Shown here: in pieces, positions 18,958 to 28,061 of the stretch
Position numbering within the stretch: the stretch's first letter is position 1
How the letters are laid out: each line of letters starts with the position of its first letter
DNA from: Candidatus Woesebacteria bacterium RIFCSPLOWO2_01_FULL_39_61
GTDB taxonomy: Bacteria > Patescibacteriota > Microgenomatia > UBA8517
DNA length: 64,000 nucleotides
Direction of reading: 5' to 3'
Assembly: GCA_001793155.1 (NCBI GenBank)
Contig: MGHI01000026.1
Coordinates: forward strand, 271-64,270
The notes under the pieces: generated by a model
The model's database searches: none
Told to the model about the DNA's origin: nothing
The model's input: the letters and a program-made list of their open reading frames with translations, nothing else
Program-made: the position numbers and the translations under genes

Positions 18958-19536
18958 ATGATACAAAAAGAGTATATTGGGTCTGGAGCAAATTGTGTAG
19001 ATTTCGCAAAAGAACATTTTTTAAGAACTTATGACAGGTGTGATGACCCTCTCTATGAGTACCACAAACGACACGTAAAAGAAGTTGAGAGATGGGCAAA
19101 GATTATTCTGAAAGATTTTCCCGATGCTGACGAAGAAGTTGTTTTACTTTCAGTCTGGTTACACGACATTGGTAGGTATAAGTACGATCAAAACACCGAT
19201 CATGCAATTAATTCTCAAACAGAATCCTTGAGATTTCTACCGAAAATTGGGGTTTCACCAGAAAAAACTCTTGCGGTCGCTCACTGTGTAAGGTCGCACA
19301 GAAATAAAGATATCGAGCCCCAAACACTTGAGGCCAAAATTCTAGCTGCTTCCGATTCTGCAAGCCATATGACCGATTTCCCCTATATTGTACTCATGGG
19401 GGAAGGAAAGAAGGATTACGTAAGGGCGAAAATTGAGAGAGACTATCGTGATATAGGCCTTATCCCAGGTGTCCAAGAAAAACTTACTCCCCTTTATACT
19501 GCATGGAAACACTTATTAGATGCTTTCCCTGAATGA
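18958..19536 (+). CDS. HD-domain phosphohydrolase
   Basis: H…HD motif (VWLHDIGR) plus downstream His and Asp. Confidence 0.7.
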   Translation: MIQKEYIGSGANCVDFAKEHFLRTYDRCDDPLYEYHKRHVKEVERWAKIILKDFPDADEEVVLLSVWLHDIGRYKYDQNTDHAINSQTESLRFLPKIGVSPEKTLAVAHCVRSHRNKDIEPQTLEAKILAASDSASHMTDFPYIVLMGEGKKDYVRAKIERDYRDIGLIPGVQEKLTPLYTAWKHLLDAFPE

Positions 19537-20047
19537 TTATTACTTCGAAAATCACAGCGTTCTTGACTTCGTTGATTCGAATCATCATAGTGGAAATATG
19601 ACACAAGTTTCGCGCTTCATGCTCAGGCCAGAGGTATGGGAAAAAATATTTGATTTATTTACGGATACATTCCTACGAATAAAAGATAAAAAGAGGTTGA
19701 ATAACTTTTTTGATAATTTTTTCTCCCCAACTGAAAAGATAATGCTTTCAAAAAGACTCGCTATTGCTGTGCTTCTTGCTAAAGGAAATGATTACGCATC
19801 AATCAAAAACACGATTAGAGTAACCGATGGAACGATCTCTAAAGTTAATCTATTACTTAAAAGTAACCGCGCAGGATTGAGACTTGCGGTTGAGGAGATT
19901 CTAAAAAGGGACGCTGGGAAAATTTTCTGGCAGGAAATCTCTGATATGCTTGATTTTCCTCGTAAAGGTGGAAATTGGTCCGAGATGGGAAAAAGAAAAT
20001 TTCAAAGACGAAGAAAGATACAAGACCTAAAATCCGGATTGAGTTAA
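19520..20047 (+). CDS. TrpR/YerC-like helix-turn-helix protein (likely start ATG 19598)
   Basis: EKIMLSKRLAIAVLLAKGNDYASIKNTIRVTDGTISKV resembles the Trp-repressor-like HTH. Palindromic sites sit at both ends of the gene. Confidence 0.45.
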   Translation: MLSLNDYYFENHSVLDFVDSNHHSGNMTQVSRFMLRPEVWEKIFDLFTDTFLRIKDKKRLNNFFDNFFSPTEKIMLSKRLAIAVLLAKGNDYASIKNTIRVTDGTISKVNLLLKSNRAGLRLAVEEILKRDAGKIFWQEISDMLDFPRKGGNWSEMGKRKFQRRRKIQDLKSGLS

Positions 20048-20051
20048 CTCA

Positions 20052-20079
20052 CTACGATGATTCGAATCATCGTAGTGAT
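20052..20079. promoter_or_regulatory. 28-bp perfect palindrome CACTACGATGATTC|GAATCATCGTAGTG
   Basis: Perfect inverted repeat directly after the TrpR-like stop. Shares its core TGATTCGAATCATC with 19569..19590, upstream of the probable start. Confidence 0.4.
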
Positions 20080-20155
20080 AACGCAGTAATCTATGAGCTA
20101 ATTAAGCAAAGTGTGAGTTTTTGGAGTCATTATTTTCAAGACAACTCCAATACGT

Positions 20156-20190
20156 AAAAACACCCCCGCGTTTGTCGCGAGGGTGTTTTT
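20156..20190. terminator. Bidirectional rho-independent terminator
   Basis: AAAAA-CACCCCCGCG-TTTGT-CGCGAGGGTG-TTTTT between convergent genes. Confidence 0.6.
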
Positions 20191-20207
20191 AAAGTAGTAA
20201 TGGATCT

Positions 20208-20660
20208 CTAGTGCATCATTCCCATACCCATTTTGCCAAAGCCAGCGGGGTGTCCAAAACCACCGTAGGGTGCAAGTTCGGTCGGATCGATTCCTTGATC
20301 TTCAAACCACTTTTGTATTTCCTCCCTTTCCTGTTCGTGCTTTTGCTGCATCTCTTCCCACTTAGCTAAAAGTGCGTTCTTTTGCACTTCATTAATTACT
20401 CCGTCCTCCACAGCATCATTTAGCCTTTCCTCCCTTGCTGCTTTCATCTGCTCCCAACGTTCTTCGTGAACGGCATCAAATACCGCTTCGACTTCATCCT
20501 CTTTCAGATCAAAGGTTTCTGCCAAGCGAGAAATTACGGGATTAGAATAACCGTCCTCGTTAGCTCTAATAGAAGTTGTTACTCCGTATGTAGCCAGAGA
20601 AATTACTGTGCCAAGAATAAGCAACGATATTAAAAGTCTTTTACTCATCTTTCTCACCAC
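20208..20660 (-). CDS. Hypothetical secreted protein with a charged helical region and a C-terminal GMGMMH tail
   Basis: Signal peptide. Glu/Lys-rich helices. RBS AAGGAGGG upstream. Confidence 0.4.
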   Translation of the reverse strand: MVRKMSKRLLISLLILGTVISLATYGVTTSIRANEDGYSNPVISRLAETFDLKEDEVEAVFDAVHEERWEQMKAAREERLNDAVEDGVINEVQKNALLAKWEEMQQKHEQEREEIQKWFEDQGIDPTELAPYGGFGHPAGFGKMGMGMMH

Positions 20661-21186
20661 CCTTCGCCCTCCTTAAACTTTTTTAAAAATAGTGGGCGAC
20701 CCTTCCGTAGCCTTGGTGAAGGAGGGTATTCCTTTTTTACCAACGGGCTTCGGAGTGGCAAGCCTCCCAACACGAAACAATATAAACTCTTATTCTGAGA
20801 AAAGGCTTAAAAGGTAATGCTCAAGAAAATTGAGTATACTTGAATGAGTGGAGTTAAGCATTTCAAAAATTCAAAAAGAATTTGTACCTTCATCTGACAG
20901 ATGGCACGGTAAACTTCTGCCAAGGATAGCCTCGTGGTTTAATCATATATTGGAAATTGTTTACTTAGAGTTAAAGGAAACAAAGCTTACAAAAGACATG
21001 GTTTGAAAAATGAAACATGTCGGAAGCATGCTTATTTAGAATTAGGAGACTGGTTATACCTCACCGCTGAAATTATTTATATGATTACCCGTATTGAATT
21101 ATCTATAAGTACCAAAAAGAGTGTGGAATAAAATGGAAGGAGAAAAATTAACATCTACTAAAAGTTAATACTATTTCGATGTTTAT

Positions 21187-22260
21187 CTATGCGGGCAATT
21201 CTACAGTAAACTTTGAACCTTTTCCTACTTCACTTTCAACTTTAATTTCACCATTATGAACATCGACAATTGACTTTGCAATTGAGAGACCGAGGCCATA
21301 GCCATCAGCTGTAAGTTTATTTCTTGAAGTATCTACCCTATAAAATCGATCGAAAATATGGGGAATGTCTTTTTCAGCAATCCCAACTCCTTCATCCTTA
21401 ACTTCAACCACCGCATATTTTTTCTTTTTTCTTAAACTTAAACTTATTTCCCCTTCGACAAGCTCAGGGCTTTCGGTTTTCTCTTTAGGACTGTATTTAA
21501 TTGCATTATTTAGAAGTATTGATATGAGTTCAATTAAGCTTTGAGGGTTACCCTTAACAATTACTTCCGGCAAATTCTCCTTTACTTTTATGCCCCTATC
21601 CTTTGCTTGGGGCATATTTCTTTCAATCGCTTGTCTTGCCGCCTCGGCTAAATCAACGTCTTCCATTAGTAAATCATGATCGTTTGATTCATAACGGGAT
21701 AAAGACAGAAGGTTGTCTGAAAAATGTTTCATTTTATCAACTTCTGCAAGATTACTTTTTAAAAATTTTTTGGCATCTTTTAATGTTAGTTTTTTATCAC
21801 GAAGTGCAACTTCTAATTCCGTCTTCATCGAGGTTAGGGGCGTACGTAATTCATGCGAGGCATCTGCAACAAATCGCTTCTGTTCGTCTACCATCAATTC
21901 AATAGGTTGAAGTGTCTTTCCCGCCAAAAAATAACCTGCCGTTCCAGCTAAAACCAGTACGCCTCCATTTATAATTGCAAGTTGCATTGCAAATCGGCGC
22001 TTGGCAAGATTTATAATCTCAACAAATTCCTCAGGCGGAATCTCTTCAGGATATATTAAAAAGGGTAAGATTCGAAAAAAACCGTTTCTCTCTTGCACTA
22101 CTATTCTTTGTTGAGGAGCACCTCGAAGTGCCTGCATATGAAATCCACGCCCAAGTTCTTTAGTAAATCCACGATAAACAATCAAGCTAAAAAACCCGCT
22201 TACTAACATAATAATAAGAAGGTACCAAAGAGTTAATTTAAGGCGAGCACTTTGAAACAT
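21187..22260 (-). CDS. Sensor histidine kinase
   Basis: H-box ASHELRTPLTSM. N, G1 and G2 boxes (GLGLSIAKSIV). Two N-terminal TM helices. Confidence 0.85.
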   Translation of the reverse strand: MFQSARLKLTLWYLLIIMLVSGFFSLIVYRGFTKELGRGFHMQALRGAPQQRIVVQERNGFFRILPFLIYPEEIPPEEFVEIINLAKRRFAMQLAIINGGVLVLAGTAGYFLAGKTLQPIELMVDEQKRFVADASHELRTPLTSMKTELEVALRDKKLTLKDAKKFLKSNLAEVDKMKHFSDNLLSLSRYESNDHDLLMEDVDLAEAARQAIERNMPQAKDRGIKVKENLPEVIVKGNPQSLIELISILLNNAIKYSPKEKTESPELVEGEISLSLRKKKKYAVVEVKDEGVGIAEKDIPHIFDRFYRVDTSRNKLTADGYGLGLSIAKSIVDVHNGEIKVESEVGKGSKFTVELPA

Positions 22261-22382
22261 GGTTTTAAAAATTTCTAATTACTAATTTCTAATTAGCCTA
22301 AATAAATCCCAAGCACCAATTACCCTTTTGGGATTTGGGAAATTTTGAAATTAGTTAGAAATTAGACATTAGAGCAATTAGG
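22261..22382. promoter_or_regulatory. Nested inverted repeats between the response-regulator and kinase genes
   Basis: TAATTTCTAATT…AATTAGAAATTA outer repeats around AAATCCCAA…TTGGGATTT inner repeats. Confidence 0.35.
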
Positions 22383-23057
22383 TCAATTTCCTAAACGGTA
22401 TCCGAATCCCCTTACTGTTTGTATTAACGGTTTATTTTTAGGAAAAGCGCCGTCAATTTTTTTCCTTAAATAACCGATATAAACCTCAACGGTATTGGGC
22501 AAAATATCCGCGTCATAATCCCAAACATGAGCGATTATCTGATCTTTACTCATAATTTTACCGCTATTGCGCATTAAATATTCCAACAGTGCGAATTCAC
22601 GCTTTGAAAGATCAATTTTTTTCCGGCCACGGGTCACTTCAACATTTATACTATCCAATTCCAAATCGGAGACTTCTAGTTTAGCATTGACAACCTCTTG
22701 TGGTCTTCGTGAAAGAGCACGAATTCTGGCCAAAAGTTCTTCGAAGGCGAAAGGTTTGACCAGATAGTCATCTGCCCCCGCATTTAATCCTAAAACTTTG
22801 TCATGCAGAGCTCCTTTGGCAGTCAACATAAGAATTGGGGTATAATTTTTTCCAGCTCTTAATTTCTTACAAATTTCAACTCCTTCCATCCCTGGAAGCA
22901 TAAGATCAAGTACGATTACATCGTATTTTTCGCTTGCAGCCAAATCGTATCCCTCGATCCCCTCATAGGCAACATCGACAGCAAAAGTTTCCTGCTCAAG
23001 TCCCTTTTTTATCGAATTTGCAATTTTGTATTCGTCCTCGACTACGAGTACCCTCAT
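22383..23057 (-). CDS. OmpR-family response regulator
   Basis: Receiver domain (MRVLVVEDE…DLMLPGM). C-terminal winged-helix domain (…LLEYLMRN…GYRL). Confidence 0.9.
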   Translation of the reverse strand: MRVLVVEDEYKIANSIKKGLEQETFAVDVAYEGIEGYDLAASEKYDVIVLDLMLPGMEGVEICKKLRAGKNYTPILMLTAKGALHDKVLGLNAGADDYLVKPFAFEELLARIRALSRRPQEVVNAKLEVSDLELDSINVEVTRGRKKIDLSKREFALLEYLMRNSGKIMSKDQIIAHVWDYDADILPNTVEVYIGYLRKKIDGAFPKNKPLIQTVRGFGYRLGN

Positions 23058-23168
23058 ACCGCCAATTATACATTTAAGGCTGAGAAATAGCTGAAAGACA
23101 CTTAGGATCTTGTTGCTATTTACATTTGGGCTAAATATACCTAATAATTAAAGACAAACATTCGTAAA

Positions 23169-25697
23169 TTGCCTGTGAGGAAAAATTTTATAATATTACT
23201 TTCAGCTTCTACGTTAGTAACAATATTTGCCCTTTTGACTTCAATTTCTGTCCAAAACAGATCCCTTGCTTCAAATCTGCAAACTAACGAAACCCTGGGT
23301 ATAGAAAATTATCTGGCTGAAGGTTCTTGTACCGAACCATCAGGCGGTTGCGGAAGTGGTTATTATTGGAACGGTTCAACGTGCAGCTGTCAGTCAAGCT
23401 GTCAGGAACCCTCTGGCGGATGTGGAACAAACTACTATTGGGATTCAGCTAGCTGTTTGTGTAAACCCTATCCCACTACTTCAACTTGCCAACCTCCTTC
23501 AAACGGTTGTGGTACGAATTATTACTGGGATTCCAATTCTTGCTCCTGCAAATCCAGCACATCTTATTGCAGTCCACCGTCAACCGGGTGCGAAACGAAC
23601 AAATATTGGGACTATGCCTCGTGCTCTTGTGTGTCCTCAAGTAGCGGGAGTGGAAGTGGAGGTACCTCGTCTTGTACTGCTCCTTCATCAGGATGCGGGA
23701 CTAATTATTATTGGGACTCGGGGAGTTGTAGTTGTAAATCCTACTCAACGTGCTCACCTCCCTCGACTGGCTGCGGTTATAACTACTACTGGGACTATTC
23801 TTCCTGCAATTGTAAATATTATTCGTCTTCGACTTCGTCCTGTCAACCTCCGTCATCTGGGTGTGGTTCTAACTCTTATTGGGATTCATATACTTGCTCG
23901 TGTAAATCAAGCTCTGGCACGAGTTCTTGTTCTCCTCCTTCCGCAGGATGCGGGACAAACAACTATTGGGATTCGTACAGCTGTATGTGTAGGTCCCAAT
24001 ACTCAACCTGCTATCCGCCAAGTAGTGGCTGCGGAACAAATAGTTATTGGGACTCCTACTTTTGTTCCTGCAGGCCGTACACCACAACATCCACGAGTTA
24101 CTGCTCACCTCCATCGAGCGGATGTGGCTATAACTATTATTGGGATCAATATTCCTGTTCGTGTAAATATTACACGTCCTCGTGTGTACCTCCACCTGCT
24201 GGGTGTGCTGCTAATAACTATTGGGACTATTATTCATGCAACTGTAAAGAATATCAATCCGGTTCAACCTCAAGCTGTGTTCAACCAGCGACAGGTTGTG
24301 GATATAACTACTTTTGGGACTCCTCATCGTGTTTATGTAAACCCAATCCCAATATAACTAGCTGTCCGCAACCGACTTCAGGCTGTTCAGCAAATGCATA
24401 TTGGGATTCATATTCATGTTCTTGTAAATCTACATTTCCATATTATAAACAGGAAAATTTCGACAGATTCGCTTATGAATCAACTGAAAGAATATCCTGC
24501 GTAAAATCGCTTCTTTCATCATACGATTATGAAAGATTACGCTACTTTATTCCGACGGGTTCTCTTGAACAAAATGAAATATATAATTTAGGAGGAAAGG
24601 TGAGTGCTTGCTGGACAACTCCCCAAACATCAACTCAAGTTTCCATAACACCCTTAACTTATAAGTCTCCACTGGAATCTGAAAGCTGCATTATAAAATC
24701 TCTGGGCGAGACTGCCTATAAAGAAATATACAAAGGCGTCAGAAACCCAACCTATACCGAACATTTAAAATACGGGGTTTGTAATAAAGGAGAAGTAAAA
24801 AATAGCGTTATTACGTATTACACGAAAGAAGAGAAAATTCCAAAAGGAACAGATGCGTGTCTAAGGACAGTCCTGGGGGGCGGAGTTTACGAAAAAGTCA
24901 GAGCAGGCAATACAGATGTTCCTCACGATCTCCGTGGTAAGGTAGACAGGTGCTTTGGCGTAAATCCACAAGCTTTCGAACAAGCAAGGGTATATAAGGC
25001 TCCCGATCAGGTCAGGAGTTGTTTAAACGATACTCTGGGTGAAACTAGATTTAATGAAATAAATTCCGGTGCCTCCCAACCGACTGAAGAAGAAAGAGTA
25101 AAAGGCTCTATCTGCTTTAGTAAACTTAACACTAACCAATCAAGGTTCCTTCCCCCGCCCCCGGAGGAAGTTCACTATTTAGAGACTGACCCAAATATTG
25201 TGGAACTTTCGGATGCTGTGCAAGAGACTCAAAAAGTCAACACTCAGAGTTTGGGAGGGAAATTGGTATTTGCCGGTAAATCATTGGCGAATTCTAATGT
25301 CTATATTTATATCTATTCAACCGAACCCATTGTTGTAACGACAAAAGCCGATGATAACGGTGATTGGGTCTATGAACTTAACCAACCGCTGAATGGTGAA
25401 AAACATATCGCTTATGCAGCTACAAGGACTAGTGAAGGAAAGTATGTAAGATCTTCAGTTTTTGATTTTACGGTTGTTGCTGCCGAGACGGATTTGCAAA
25501 ACCAGCTCGTCAACGAGGCTCAATTAACCCAAGAGACTGGCAGGGGTTTTATAGCAAGAGTCCTTGTACTGGCAATAGTGCTTTGTGTTACCATCATTTT
25601 AATTCTCAGTTCCTTCAAAGCATTAAGAAAAAAGCACGGAATTCAAAAAACTGAAGATAATCAGAAAGTCAGCCAGAACCAACCACTGCAAAACTAG
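23169..25697 (+). CDS. Cell-surface protein with 13 tandem Cys-rich CxxPSxGCGxNxYWDSxSCxCK repeats, 4 CxxxLGE-type repeats, an Ig-like domain and a C-terminal TM anchor
   Basis: Signal peptide. Repeats of about 24-30 aa, each with four Cys at C-x5-C-x9-C-x-C and an invariant YWD. A PPPPEE linker leads to a YIYIYS…DDNGDW Ig-like module. C-terminal TM plus basic tail. Confidence 0.7.
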   Translation: MPVRKNFIILLSASTLVTIFALLTSISVQNRSLASNLQTNETLGIENYLAEGSCTEPSGGCGSGYYWNGSTCSCQSSCQEPSGGCGTNYYWDSASCLCKPYPTTSTCQPPSNGCGTNYYWDSNSCSCKSSTSYCSPPSTGCETNKYWDYASCSCVSSSSGSGSGGTSSCTAPSSGCGTNYYWDSGSCSCKSYSTCSPPSTGCGYNYYWDYSSCNCKYYSSSTSSCQPPSSGCGSNSYWDSYTCSCKSSSGTSSCSPPSAGCGTNNYWDSYSCMCRSQYSTCYPPSSGCGTNSYWDSYFCSCRPYTTTSTSYCSPPSSGCGYNYYWDQYSCSCKYYTSSCVPPPAGCAANNYWDYYSCNCKEYQSGSTSSCVQPATGCGYNYFWDSSSCLCKPNPNITSCPQPTSGCSANAYWDSYSCSCKSTFPYYKQENFDRFAYESTERISCVKSLLSSYDYERLRYFIPTGSLEQNEIYNLGGKVSACWTTPQTSTQVSITPLTYKSPLESESCIIKSLGETAYKEIYKGVRNPTYTEHLKYGVCNKGEVKNSVITYYTKEEKIPKGTDACLRTVLGGGVYEKVRAGNTDVPHDLRGKVDRCFGVNPQAFEQARVYKAPDQVRSCLNDTLGETRFNEINSGASQPTEEERVKGSICFSKLNTNQSRFLPPPPEEVHYLETDPNIVELSDAVQETQKVNTQSLGGKLVFAGKSLANSNVYIYIYSTEPIVVTTKADDNGDWVYELNQPLNGEKHIAYAATRTSEGKYVRSSVFDFTVVAAETDLQNQLVNEAQLTQETGRGFIARVLVLAIVLCVTIILILSSFKALRKKHGIQKTEDNQKVSQNQPLQN

Positions 25698-25715
25698 TTA
25701 TATAAGCCGGAAGAA

Positions 25716-27062
25716 TTAGGTATTAATCGGAAGGCTGAAGGTAAATTTCGTGCCCGTACCATATATTGACTCAACAGAAATTTTTCCGCCGAGTAGTTCT
25801 ACAATTTGTTTAGTTATCCAAAGCCCAAGTCCTGTCCCTCTTACTTCATTCGTTTGCTTGTCTTTTATTCTGTGAAACTTGGTAAAAAGATTTGGGATTT
25901 CATCTCCCGGAATCCCGATACCTGTATCTTTTATCATTACCTCGATAAATTTATCTTTGAGACTTACTGCAATATCAATCTGTCCTTTCAATGTATATTT
26001 GGCAGAATTCGAGACTAAATTTGTTACAACCTGACGAATACGGTTAGGGTCACTTTTGATAAGTGGAAGGTCTATCGGTGTAAAGTTAATCACCAATCCT
26101 TTTTGGGCGGCACTCGGGATTAAGAGCTTAATAACATTCCCAACAATCTCATTTATATTAGTTTCTACAATCTCTACCTTTAATCTTCCTTGCTCGATGC
26201 GTGATACATCAAGTAAGTCATTGATTAGGTTATTCAAATCCCCTATCAAAACATTCAATATCTCCAGATCGTCCTTTATTTTCTCCTTCTCGGAAGGAGA
26301 AATTTCACCACTAAGCATTTCCAAATAACCGACGAGGGCAGTAACAGGAGCACGAAGTTCATGCGCGGCCATGGAAATGAATTCGTCTTTCAATCTGTCT
26401 AGCTCTTCCAACTCCCTTGTTCTTTCTGCCTTTTTGTAAAAGATAAAGTGGTTTATTAGAAGCGCTAAAGTGACCAAGGTGAGAATCGCCAAAATGATAT
26501 AAGAATCTTTTGAAGTTCTTCCTAAAATTTCCTCAACCGTGTCAGTTTTAAGCTTTATAAATAGTAGGTAGTTACCCTCTCCTTCGATTCCTTCTAAAGG
26601 AATCGATACGTTCCAAATATTTTTGCCTATGTTCGGATCGTAGGTTAGCCCCGCAAACGGCTGATTAAATCCCAGTGCGAGGTGATTGAGGCCGGATTTT
26701 TTTAAATCCTCTAAGTTACTTGAACTTTCGGTTGTCGAAACTACGTTAAGTTTGCTTCCGCTCTCGCTAAATACGGTTATTCCTAAAATTTCAGAGTTGG
26801 CCTCAACGCTGCTAAATAAAAGTGCTGTTAAGTCTTCCTGATTAGCAATACTTCTTGAAATTGCTGGTTTGAGGGTATCTGCCGTACTTACTGCCTGATG
26901 ACGAATTAAAAAATTGACGTCGCGGTTAAAAGTCCTTAAATTCCAAAAAGTGTTGATTATCAGTAAAAGTGGAATCGAAATAATAATGATAAGGGGATAG
27001 ACAATAGATGCCGGTTTTCCCAAACTCTTTATCTTATTGATTATCTTTGAAATGAGTATCAT
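25716..27062 (-). CDS. Sensor histidine kinase with an extracytoplasmic sensor domain
   Basis: ISMAAHELRAPVTAL H-box. GTGLGLWITKQIV G2 box. Two TM helices bracketing an extracytoplasmic domain of about 150 aa. Confidence 0.85.
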   Translation of the reverse strand: MILISKIINKIKSLGKPASIVYPLIIIISIPLLLIINTFWNLRTFNRDVNFLIRHQAVSTADTLKPAISRSIANQEDLTALLFSSVEANSEILGITVFSESGSKLNVVSTTESSSNLEDLKKSGLNHLALGFNQPFAGLTYDPNIGKNIWNVSIPLEGIEGEGNYLLFIKLKTDTVEEILGRTSKDSYIILAILTLVTLALLINHFIFYKKAERTRELEELDRLKDEFISMAAHELRAPVTALVGYLEMLSGEISPSEKEKIKDDLEILNVLIGDLNNLINDLLDVSRIEQGRLKVEIVETNINEIVGNVIKLLIPSAAQKGLVINFTPIDLPLIKSDPNRIRQVVTNLVSNSAKYTLKGQIDIAVSLKDKFIEVMIKDTGIGIPGDEIPNLFTKFHRIKDKQTNEVRGTGLGLWITKQIVELLGGKISVESIYGTGTKFTFSLPINT

Positions 27063-27133
27063 CGTTTAAATTCTATCTTATGCTTTCTGTATAGCCTTTC
27101 ACTTAAAAACCTATTAAAATAAATATAGCTTTA

Positions 27134-27320
27134 TGGCAAAAATATTGATAGTAGATGATGATATTGTACTGGCACGGCTTTATAAAAAATGCCTGTTACA
27201 AAGTCGAACTTGCAGCGGCACTCCGAAGTATGGCTAAATATTCAGGAGATAATGGACAGAATTCTTTGACTGCTTTTGGGGATAATTCGCTACTTTACTT
27301 AAACTTAGTCCCCTGACTGC
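27134..27320 (+). pseudogene. Decayed response-regulator remnant (MAKILIVDDDIVLARLYKK…)
   Basis: The first 33 codons encode a textbook receiver-domain N-terminus including the DDD acidic pocket. A stop follows. A +1 frame then continues a receiver-like segment (…YSGDNGQNSL…). Confidence 0.5.
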
Positions 27321-27356
27321 GCAGGCATGCTTTATACCTTTTGTGTAGAAAGTTAC

Positions 27357-28061
27357 TTACTTAAAAATCCCACTCAAAATACCAACCAACCACGTCAAAA
27401 AACCTCCCCAAAAATTCTTGGGTTTCGGAATAGGTGTTGGAGTGGGGCCTGGAATGTAAGTTCCAGGTAAGGGTTTCAGAATACAATCTACATTGTAAAA
27501 AGTCCCTTGCCTCATTTCTACGTACTTTGCTGCCTCGACACTCGCGACGAAATCTTCATAACCCTCACTTACGCACTTTACAGTGTGAGTGCCTTTAGCA
27601 ACCGTAAAAGTTCCAACATCCATCCCTCCTTTGGACTCATCATCGATATAAACATTCGCTAGCACTCTATTACCTAAAGTGTCTTTTACCTTGACAGTCA
27701 TTGGCGTCGTCTTTGCCATTTTGCACTGAAAATTGCTCACTTGGGGATAATCAATTTCTCCTTCAAAATCAAAATAACCATTTTTTACGCATTTAACCGT
27801 ATGCCTTCCGGGTAATATATCTATAGAGGAGTCCCATTCTTTGAGCTTCCCGTCCAAATAAACCGAAACCGAATAATCCTCAGTCGGCTCATAATAAAGA
27901 GTATTAATTTCAAGACCTTTTGGTGGTGAGGGTGGAAGAAGAGGTAACTGAGCAAAAACCTTCGAAGTAAATCCCAAAGCAAGCCCAAAGAAAAATAGAG
28001 CGAATACAAAAGAGGGGATAATTTTAATACACGCTCTCTCCATATTTTTTATTAATTTCAT
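27357..28061 (-). CDS. PEGA-domain protein, secreted with a C-terminal TM anchor
   Basis: Two PEGA-like modules (VYLDGK…PGRHTVKCVKNGY and VYIDDES…KGTHTVKCVSEGY). Signal peptide from MKLIKN. The track start at 28097 is TTG. Confidence 0.55.
   Translation of the reverse strand: MKLIKNMERACIKIIPSFVFALFFFGLALGFTSKVFAQLPLLPPSPPKGLEINTLYYEPTEDYSVSVYLDGKLKEWDSSIDILPGRHTVKCVKNGYFDFEGEIDYPQVSNFQCKMAKTTPMTVKVKDTLGNRVLANVYIDDESKGGMDVGTFTVAKGTHTVKCVSEGYEDFVASVEAAKYVEMRQGTFYNVDCILKPLPGTYIPGPTPTPIPKPKNFWGGFLTWLVGILSGIFK

Noticed and set aside
23356-24357. 333-aa ORF on the plus strand in an alternative frame inside the Cys-rich repeat gene
   Set aside because: Artefact of the strong 72-90 nt codon periodicity of the tandem repeats. 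It has no start context, it is low-complexity, and it is fully contained in the 23169..25697 gene.
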